The notes beneath the pieces were generated by a model. It had not been told where the DNA came from and did no database searches. It saw only the letters and a program-made list of their open reading frames with translations. DNA of 64,000 nt from positions 101,432,001 to 101,496,000 of the forward strand of contig OZ024740.1 of NCBI GenBank assembly GCA_964016885.1. Reading direction: 5' to 3'. Source of the DNA: Eledone cirrhosa. Taxonomy: Eukaryota. The position numbers and the translations under genes are program-made. This document shows positions 54,574 to 64,000 of the stretch, one piece after another (positions within the stretch are counted from its first letter, which is position 1; the number at the start of each line of letters is the position of its first letter).

Positions 54574-55395
54574 CAAGGTTTAGCAAATAAGAAAAAGTTT
54601 CAAAATAAATTTCAAAAAATTCACTGTATTCACTATGGTTACCTTTACCGAATCGGTTTCGAGTCTCAAAAATAAATGGACAGTCCTTGCGGCCTTCCAT
54701 TGAAAAGATAAACTCTCGTCAGAAGGTGCTTTACACTCAGAGAATATAAAATTCCCGAGTTCAAATTACGAACCGGCGCTATTCAAAATTGTTCCCGAGA
54801 TGAGAATGAATGATGTGGAAGCAATTCTGTCCAGTGCCATGTGTAAAGATAGAAGCAGAGGCAGGGAGGTCAGTCTACTACCACTATAAATAGCAGCAGT
54901 CAAAACGACCAAATTTTTTCTCGACCAAGAGGAGAATAATAATAATAAAGTATATATACCTACACACAAAAAGTGTCCAGGGACATTGTCCAACCATATG
55001 CCAATGTGGTTCAATGGCAGGTTAATAAATTAACGAGCCAGAACATATATAATCAAGGTTTAGCAAATAAGAAAAAGTTTCAAAATAAATTTCAAAAAAT
55101 TCACTGTACTCACTATGGTTACCTTTATCGAATCGGTTTCGAGTCTCAAAAATAAATGGACAGTCCTTGCGGCCTTCCATTGAAAAGATAAACTCTCGTA
55201 AAGGTAACCATAGTGAGTACAGTGAATTTTTTGAAATTTATTTTGAAACTTTTTCTTATTTGCTAAACCTTGATTATATATGTTCTGGCTCATTAATTTA
55301 TTAACCTGCCATTGAACCACATTGGCATATGGTTGGACAATACATGTGTCCCTGGCCGCTTTTTGCGTGTAGGGATATATACTATATTATTATTA
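54571..55395 (-). mobile_element. Retrozyme-like non-autonomous PLE cassette: 480-bp unit, partial tandem copy and inverted arm
   Basis: Direct repeats start at 54571 and 55051; inverted arm 55198-55395; (TA)n flanks; no credible ORF. Confidence 0.8.
54641..54727 (-). ncRNA. Type I hammerhead ribozyme, canonical core, extended stem II capped by GCAA
   Basis: ACCTT-CTGACGA-GAGTTT...AGACTC-GAA-ACCG-att-CGGT-A-AAGGT; GUA site. Confidence 0.85.
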
Positions 55396-55537
55396 TATAT
55401 ATATATATAAACCATCATTTTCATCACCATTTTATGTGTTATTTCATGAATTCATAGGTTGGGACACACACACAAGAAAATTAGGTTTTTAAAAAAAAGA
55501 AAGAAAAAAATGAGATGTCCTACACAGGAGAAAGTAT

Positions 55538-55768
55538 AAGGAAAAGAAATTGAAAATGCAATTGGAGTCTTTTAAGGATATTTATTTATTTACTTTACTG
55601 GTTTCACTGTTCTTATGCTTTTCAAAAATAAAAGTGAGACGAAGGGTTTGTGTTTCTGTTGTGGTTTGTCTCACATCTGATGCGAGACAAAAGCATAAGA
55701 ACTGTGAAACCGGTAAATAAATAAATATTCTTAAAAGACTCCAATTGCATTTTCAATTTCTTTTCCTT
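55538..55768. repeat. Fold-back cassette with minimal hammerhead-like motifs
   Basis: Inverted arms of about 80 bp; minus strand TTGAAAA-GC..GT-GAAA-CCAG-TA (55596-55625); plus arm GCA..TGT-GAAA-CCGG-TA. Confidence 0.65.
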
Positions 55769-56100
55769 CATCATCATCATCACCATACGTCCGCTTTTCC
55801 CTGCTTGCAAGGGTGGGACAGGAACTGATTCTGGTTTGATTTCTACAGCTGGATGCCCTTCCTAACACCAACCTCATTTACAGTGAGTGCTGGGTGCTTT
55901 TTTGCCGTGGCACCTCCACGACCACTTTGCAGTGGAATGATAGGGACCCCAGTCCCTATCATCTCATTTCTACAGCTGAGTAAACTGTGAAATAAAGTGT
56001 CTTGCTCAAGGAAGCAACAACACATCACCTGGTGTGAGAATTGAACTCACAACCTTTCGATTGCAAACCCAATGCCCTAACCACTAAGCCATGTGCCTCC
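55768..56100 (-). mobile_element. SINE family A, full length
   Basis: Reverse complement of 40732-41072. Confidence 0.88.
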
Positions 56101-56107
56101 ATACATT

Positions 56108-56161
<54 letters not shown>

Positions 56162-56210
56162 GTATATATATATATATGTATTTGTATATATATATATATA
56201 TATATATATC

Positions 56211-56332
56211 GAGTACTCTGGTGCGTTATGGCCCACCTGGTTCCTTACCACACTGCCTTCATTATATATATATATATATAATGAAGGCAGTGTGGTAAGG
56301 AACCAGGTGGGCCATAACGCACCAGAGTACTC
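56211..56332. repeat. Perfect palindrome: 52-bp arms around (TA)n
   Basis: gagtactctgg...ccttcat-(TA)n-atgaagg...ccagagtactc. Confidence 0.9.
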
Positions 56333-56374
56333 AATACTTAGGGTAGTAGAGTGGGTAATAGGAAAAGAGTCAGG

Positions 56375-56470
56375 ACCCTGACGGCTGAGCTACAGCCGTT
56401 TCGACAGCTAGATCTGAACTAACCCAGTAGTGTTGGGACAGTAGTAATCTAGCTGAACTTATCAAGGGGT
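56375..56470 (-). ncRNA. Type I hammerhead fold, U3-A8 core variant, extended stem II
   Basis: ACCCC-TTGATAA-G..CAGCTAGAT...ATCTAGCTG..C-GAA-ACGGCTG-tagct-CAGCCGT-C-AGGGT. Confidence 0.72.
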
Positions 56471-56700
56471 ATAGTCCATATATGGGTATGTAATGAAAGC
56501 ATATCAGTAGTGTCATATCAAACAATCCTAAAAATTGTTGTTTTTCTTTTCTGTCAAGGGGAGTGTTCAAAGATTTTGTATACATAGTTAAATTTCTACA
56601 TAGCGGTTGGTGGGGGTGTCTGAACATGCTTGTAGAACTAAGGGGGGGGGGGGATAAGATGACAACCTGACCTGTGGACGCCGGGCCGCTCATGCATTAA

Positions 56701-56918
56701 CCATTTACCAATTACATTACTCTATATTTACTCTTATATTTTCATGGTAAAGGCTTTATCTTACATAATTATCTCACATAATATCGAATCTATGCGATTT
56801 TGATATTTATTTTGAGAACAATACCTTAACATAAGTATAGGCAGCCATTTATGGCTGGTTTGAACAGAAAGTGGTGAGAGAATTCTGGCCAGATATGAGC
56901 AGTTTAAATGCTAAAGGA
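56701..56918 (-). mobile_element. piggyBac-like MITE (diverged copy)
   Basis: TTAA on both sides; inverted homolog of 60088-60307. Confidence 0.7.
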
Positions 56919-59900
56919 TTAAGAGAGAATTCTTTACAGCTTTCTCTAAAGGGGGATAAGAACGAATGATAAACAAGGAATGTGTAGAGTTAATATGGGT
57001 ATGCTGGGTCTAGTGTTGGCTAGATAGCAAAGCAAATATAATTAAATACAAAATTCATAATTAATATAATTTATTTATTAGTTACTCTAATACACTAGAA
57101 CAGCATCTCAAAGTAGTAATTTTATCAATATTATTATCCATAATTATGCACCCCCGAAAGAAAAAAACACTGGCTATGTGTTAGGGCGGTGCTATGTATA
57201 TATATATTACTTAACTACTGTAAATTAGCCAAAATATTGATATTATCATGGTTCATTTCACCTTTCAAATGATAAATTAAGCACTAAAACTTGCCTTTTT
57301 TTTTCTTTGTTCAACCTATATATCTGACTTTAGTTCTTTGAATACTCAATAATATGTAATAAGATAGCAATTTTTCACAAAAACAGATTTCACCTTGTTT
57401 CAATGAAATATTCATATCCACACTACATTGGGTTCTAACCGTGTTATTAGTTCTGCCTTAATAAGGTAGAATATATATATATATATATAATAACTAGAAA
57501 TTGATTAACATATAAATAAACATGAATAATCACAGGAGATAATTTTTACAAGTGTGTAAGCACACATAGCTAGGTAGGTAATTAAATAAAGTTAACCAGA
57601 ACTTCAAAAATAGATACCTTATAATATGATTATTATTTATTACCTTATAATATGATTATAATATGCTTGAAAGTGACCACTGCTGGTCACTTTCAAGCAG
57701 TGCCTATTTAAATACTTCTGTGATGGAGTTGGCTTGGAAAGTGTTTATATATATATGCCAGGATTATTTGTTAGTTTTTACATTAAGGGAAAAACCATTG
57801 GGTCTGGGTGGTTTTGAGTGAGACATATGTCTAATCTTATCTTTGAAAAAACTATCTACTTTTTCACTATGGTAATAAGGTTCTGTTCTGTTAAAAACGA
57901 GGTTGCACATTTTTGTGATAATATGCTAATAGTTTTTATTAGGTGGCAGAAATTTCTATTTATTTTAGTATATCATTGGATTTATTATAAGGTTTATATG
58001 TATTATGAAAATTTAGGGTGACATCTCAGAAATTTATCTTAAGATTAATGTTGATTGTAATTTTTAGTCTTTTATTACTAAATGATTTAATGAGATCTTT
58101 TCTAAATTCGTCATGCATATGTTCTTCAGCATGTGTGGATACTGCTAAACCATCGTCCTTGTTTAAGTCTGTAATAACATCCTTAGAATATTGAAGCAAT
58201 CATGCAGTCCTGTTGCAACTGAAAACAAGGCTAAAACTTAAAATCCTGTCCTAAATTAAATCACCAGCCATCTTGGCTCAAATGCACATTCCAGAGAAGG
58301 GGCTTACTCTTAGACCTTCAAATCCACACCAATGTGCAGCCACAATCACCTATACATAAACCCATCCCCCACACATATATACATAGGCTTGGCTTCTGCA
58401 AAGATAGAAATAGATCTCAATACATAAAGCAGGGCAATATATATTATTACTTGTGAAGCTACATAAGTGAATGAATGCCCTAGAGTTACATGCTAAAGTG
58501 CATATGTGTGTGTTATATGAAGAATGACAGGTTTTAATAGAGCCTGCAGTTAATTATCAGTGATCAAAATTTTGAAGTTCCTGAAAGAAGGCGATCATTA
58601 TTTGATAAGCAATAAAGCATTAATTTCATTTCTGAATGAAAAAAATTTTTCTTAATGCTGCAAGAAAAAAATTTGTAATTACTTTACTGTAGTATTTTTG
58701 ATTTTGATTTTCATTTGTTTAATTGTTCTTTTTTTTTCAAAATGATCAATTAATATTCCCATGTTTTGTTTTTGTTATGATTTTTTGTGAATCTGGTGAA
58801 GAAGTTGGTAGAGTAGAATTATGTGGAATAAATTAAATTCGAATGATACTCATGGAAAAATGCAATTTAGTTATTGATTTGAGAAAAGTTATAATAGTCT
58901 CTATTATATTAAGTGTTAAACATTTTTCAGAAAATTGTGGTGAGTGCTATTTGAATCAGAGAAAATTAATGAATAATTTTTGAACTGGTTGGTTGAGTAG
59001 ATTATCAGGTCTGCATAGCACTGAGTCTTTGTTTATCATGTTTTATATTTTTTATGATTATCTTTTTAAAACTAGTATAATGGCTGTAGTTATATATAAT
59101 TATAAGAAGAATATGCCTGCAGAGACATTTTTCATCATTCTATTAATCTTTGAATTTTAAATCTTTAAATCTTAACCTTGAAATTAACTCGAGATATGTT
59201 TGATATTTCTTATTTCATTTTTTCTTTTTAATTTTTTCTATTTCATTTTTTCGTTTTATCAAATAGTAATACTGTTTGTGTAAGGACTTGGAGAAAATAT
59301 CCCCTGGTCTTCAAGAAATTGAATTCTATATTGTATAACCCATTCAGTACCATAGATCTAATAAAAGAAACTGCCATATTATTTCCAATTAATTTTTAAA
59401 ATAATCAAGAATTTGAAGCGATTTAGTAATATAACTAACTTTTTCCTTATTAAGCTGATGTTTGGGATATATCTTAACAGAAATTCTTGCATAAATTTAT
59501 TGTGGTTTCTAGATAAATATAAAAGCTTTCAAATGAATAGTTTGTATTGCAAAACCAGTGGTGATTTCAGAAAATTTGGTATTACAGGGCTAAAATTCAA
59601 GTACCTCAACTACTCTACACCACATCACCTGTTGTGTTTACCTAGTAGCAATATTATATCTAAAGAGTTGCATAATATCGTAAATTAAAACTTGTCATAA
59701 CTGTGCTAAAGAGGTATAGAAGCTGAAATGGGGTACAGTGCTATTTCCATGCTACATTCAATGGTTTGGTGTTCATTTGTGTGCTCCTTTTAATTTTCTG
59801 CTAAAAAGAAAAAGGAAATGTTTAAATCTGATGATTCCTAGTTTGAACCCACTGCATGACACTTTGGGCAAGTATCTCATTTCATGGTTTTATATGCATT

Positions 59901-60087
59901 TACCATTGTTCATGAGACAATTCAATCAATATAGGTATGTGTAAGACTATATTATTCAATGTGCTCATCCTTTTTGTTATGATGATGAAATGTGATTTGA
60001 AGGAAAAGTTTGCTGGTATTTCTAGCACCTTTAGTTAAATTCTGAAGTGAAGAGGTGAGACGGATTGGGAGAAGGACTCAAAGTTAA

Positions 60088-60307
60088 CCCTTTAATGTTC
60101 AAACCGGCCAAAACCGGCCAGAATTCTCTACCTCTTTCTGTTGAAACTGGCTGTAACTGGTCGCTCAAACTGATGTTAAGGTATTGTTCTGAAAATAAAT
60201 ACTTTTAAAACCTCATAGATTCGATATTATGTGAGATAATTATGTGAGATAAAGCCTTTACCATGAAAATATAATAGTATATATAGAGTAATGTGAATGT
60301 TAAAGGG
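60088..60307 (+). mobile_element. piggyBac-like MITE
   Basis: TTAA TSD; TIRs CCCTTTAATGTTCA / TGAATGTTAAAGGG. Confidence 0.8.
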
Positions 60308-60343
60308 TTAAATACTTTGTAATAGGGTTATTTTGCCTGATGG

Positions 60344-60413
<70 letters not shown>

Positions 60414-60460
60414 ATACACATTTATTCTAATTTAATGTGCTCTTTCCCTGCTAATGTGTG

Positions 60461-60501
<41 letters not shown>

Positions 60502-60747
60502 CATTAATTCATCATTAATATTTTTTCTGTTTGTCATTATTACATTTCAAAAGTCAGCTATGTTTTAAAGTAGAAGTATCATTAGCTTCTGACACTAAAT
60601 CATAACAACTGTAATATAATACTTAAAGCACCTGCAACATTCTAGATGTAAAAGGTAATAAACATTTCTCTGAAAGATATATTTGTCATATAGAGAATAT
60701 TTTGATTTTGTAAAGGATAAAACATACTTATCAACTCTCTTATTATA

Positions 60748-60930
60748 TAATTGTTTCTACGTTGGGCACAAGGCCAGCAATTATCCAGTGCATTACTGGT
60801 ACTTTATTTTATCGACCCCGTAAGGATGAAAGGCAAAGTTAACCTTGGCGGGATTTGAACTCAGAATGGCAAGGGCCGTAACTCTATACGTTAAAGCATG
60901 GCGTCCGACCCTCTACCGATAATGCCAATT
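60748..60930 (-). mobile_element. SINE family B
   Basis: Near-identical to 22891-23081. Confidence 0.85.
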
Positions 60931-61994
60931 CATAATATAATATAATTTGTTTGAATGAATTTCGTAAACATGATAGAAAATTGAATCCAACCTTAGAATA
61001 CAGCCAAACTCTAACTTAATAGTTATAAGGCTATGAAGAAGAGCCTTTATGCAGCTGCTCAACATGCTGGAAATAGCTGCCAAATTGCCCTCACATTATA
61101 CTCTACTGTCTTAATCTTTTTGTGTCAATATTTTTCAGAAATACACTGACTATATTTTGTATGTTTAAAGGCATGTATAGAAAGACTTTTATTTCAATAG
61201 AATGCATACAAATAGACAATTTATATGTAAAAAAAGGAAGAAGGAAAAACGTCAGGAAAAGATACACACTCAATCACATGCCACAAGTTTTGAAGTTAAT
61301 AATAAAGAATTATTATTGAAATATAATAAAGAATTTAGAGGGATTTAGTAAAATAACTACTTTTTTATAATTATGTTCATGTTTGCACAATAATTTAGCC
61401 ATAAATGGCCTTACATACAATTAAGAAGTCCTATAGACATAACGTGGAGAGATGCTGAGCTGAAAAGAACTTATTCAGCCTATGCATGCATGGAAGAATG
61501 CATGTAAAAATGATGATGATTTTAAAACCAGAGGTTTTGTATAAGAGACAAGATGTTTCAGGTAGGTGGTAATGAAAAGATTAAATAAGGAAGGATACAT
61601 TATTAAGTGTAGTTCTGTATACTACTGTATAAACAGAGTGATCATGACTAGAACGAGTGATCTTAGGTCTGCCCAACCAAGGCTATAATGGAATTAAACA
61701 ACAATGTCCATTGCTATCATCATTATTTTTATAATTATGACTATTAACATTTTTTTAATGCTCTCATTATCATCATTTGCTTTGTTTGCTTTTAATTTCT
61801 TTTTTTAAATCCTCATTCTACAGGTGTAGATATTTGTTTATATAATTTCCTTTTATTGAAATAAGGTGAATTGCAGAAATATCACAGTCTGAAGACTTTT
61901 CCATTCTTCTGTGGTAATTCAGCGTCATGTCAGTGTAGCCCAGATGAATGGAAAGTCACCAGGTTGATGTCAAACAACTGAAAAATAAAGCAGC

Positions 61995-62285
61995 AATTCT
62001 ACAGTTTGAAGAGAGACCATCACTACATACCCAAATGTACAATGTCTTAATGTAAACAACAAATTCCACAGAATAACTGAAGAGACCATCACTACATATA
62101 ATGTAAAATGCATTAATGTAAACAAACAATTCTACAGTTTCAATAGTGAGACCATCACTACATTTAATGTACAATGCCTTGATATAAACAACCAATTCCA
62201 CAGAATAACTGAAGAGACCATCACTGTATTTAATGTACAACACCTTGATATAAGCTACCAATGTCACAGACTCATTGAAGAGAAT
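61995..62285. repeat. 66-69-bp tandem repeat, about 4.4 units, alternating A/B
   Basis: GAGACCATCACT at 62013, 62082, 62148 and 62214. Confidence 0.85.
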
Positions 62286-62887
62286 GTATATATGTATGGA
62301 TCCAGAACTCCTGATGGAGTCGTGGGGGGAGGGGAGCATAGTGACATATGGCATATCCTGAGCATTTAAAACCTGACAGTCCATCACTCTCCAGGTCTCA
62401 ATACAGTCGATTTCTTCTAAAGAAGGAAAGAGTGATAGCAAAGAAGTAAGAAAGAGATATAGAGGAAGAAACGACTTCAGTACTGGACCGTTTCTTTTTT
62501 ATCACATCAAATGGAATGAAAGGTAAGGTTGACCGTAGTGGGATTTGAACTCAGCATAGAAGGCTGGAAAAAATACTACTACAAAGCATTCTATCTGATG
62601 TTCTAACAGCTTTGCCAAATTGAAGCTTAACTGAAGAGGAGAATATTACTAGATTAATGTAAAAAATCTGGCAATAAAATCTCCAGTGCTTTAGTGTCAA
62701 GAGAAAGTTACAAGGTTGCTATCAAACAACTGAGGATGGAGAAATCCAATTCTATAGTCTTCAGATCATAAAACTGTAATCAATGTGTATAATATAACGT
62801 GTATGTGTTATAAATATGTGTTTGTGTATGTATGTATGCATGTGTGTATATGTATAGATATGTATGTATATGCGCATATATGGGTGC

Positions 62888-62919
<32 letters not shown>

Positions 62920-64000
62920 CGGCATGCATTAAATCCTGGTGGTAAATGACATCGCTTATGTATCTTTCTTTGAATTATTTGTTTTCTTTAATAAGGCAGT
63001 TATGATTATCCCAAATCTTAAATGGGATGTTTATAATAGAGAATTAATATATATTCCTTCTAGTTTTCAAACATCATTTAGCCCTTGTTTTACTGTATTT
63101 ATAATGAGAAATGCTCCTTACGATTTTCAAATTATTTAAAAATAATCAAGAATTTGAAAATATTTAGTAATATAACATTGTGGTTATTTATTTTGTTTTG
63201 AAAATAACAAACATTCATAAATAAAATAATGATGTAAGTTTCTTTGTTAGATAAATATGAACAATTTCAAATAAACTGCTCTAAAGCTGGATGCCAAAAT
63301 AAACTACATCCAGTAACGTTGTAACGCAGTTGGCATTAGGAAGGGTTGTAGAAACCATGCCAAAACTTGTAGACCTGGCCTCTGGCTTGTCTAGGAGGAC
63401 TGTACCTATAATTACATAGTGAGTTAGTCTGTAATTATCCAGCCAACACATGCCAGCATGGAAAAACAGGCATAAAATAATGATGATGATTTACATAAAC
63501 ATAGGTAGCTTCATTGCTAGAGATTTGGTATTTGGATCCTTGTTTGTTATATGCCTAGAAATAGCATTTGTTAATTTACTCAGCAAGCCTTTATATAAGT
63601 GCTATTTGGCTTTCTAGCATAAGGAAGATTTATTTTATTTTTGTATTTATAATTAAATATGGAGGATAAAAACAGGACATTGCATGTGAAATGTGTCTAT
63701 TGTGTCAGTGAACGCATTCCACCTTATTTTTCTATTTGCCAAAATAAGTAAGTAAATGATAAATAAAAAAAGTCTTACATTGTTTTCAGAACACAATCGA
63801 ATGAAATCCATGAAATTTTTCCCCACAGATGCATTACATGTTGACTTGCAAAATTGCAAAAATTCCTGTTAAAATATTGTTCTTTTATGTGTTATTTTCT
63901 TGTTGCTTATAATTTCTTTTTATAGACTGACCCCAACTCCTTTTCCATTGTTTTCTTTTCTTCACTAAAATAAACCTCAAGATGTGCTTTAAGTTAGGGA

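Noticed and set aside
58921-58945. Possible 9-nt micro-exon (tttttcag-AAAATTGTG-gtgagt)
   Set aside because: Such motifs arise by chance in AT-rich DNA; no supporting evidence

Overview
AT-rich eukaryotic (animal) DNA made almost entirely of repeats and dense (TA)n/(TATG)n/(CA)n microsatellites. The SINE and microsatellite landscape looks octopus/cephalopod-like; that is inference, not a database match. No intact host protein-coding gene is supportable, and most ORF-track entries are microsatellite or antisense artefacts. The window contains: a near full-length Ty3/Gypsy (Mag-like) LTR retrotransposon (9773-14560, minus); a Penelope-like element (PLE) with RT, a CxCx5C linker, a C-terminal GIY-YIG domain and direct plus inverted pseudo-LTRs (33540-37433); many RTE and CR1/L2-type LINE fragments; two tRNA-derived SINE families; two Helitron derivatives; TTAA-flanked MITEs; and one probable non-coding host exon. 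The most notable signal is a set of more than 10 type I hammerhead-ribozyme (HHR) folds in several unrelated, short, ORF-less cassettes sitting in (TA)n tracts. Two have a complete canonical core with a long or branched stem II (51907-52027 +, 54641-54727 -). Several carry a compensatory U3-A8 core. One forms a 480-bp tandem unit whose inverted arm starts at the predicted cleavage site. Many are fold-back palindromes. Together these suggest a PLE-mobilised, retrozyme-like system of non-autonomous self-cleaving RNAs. All folds were read by eye and no activity has been tested.
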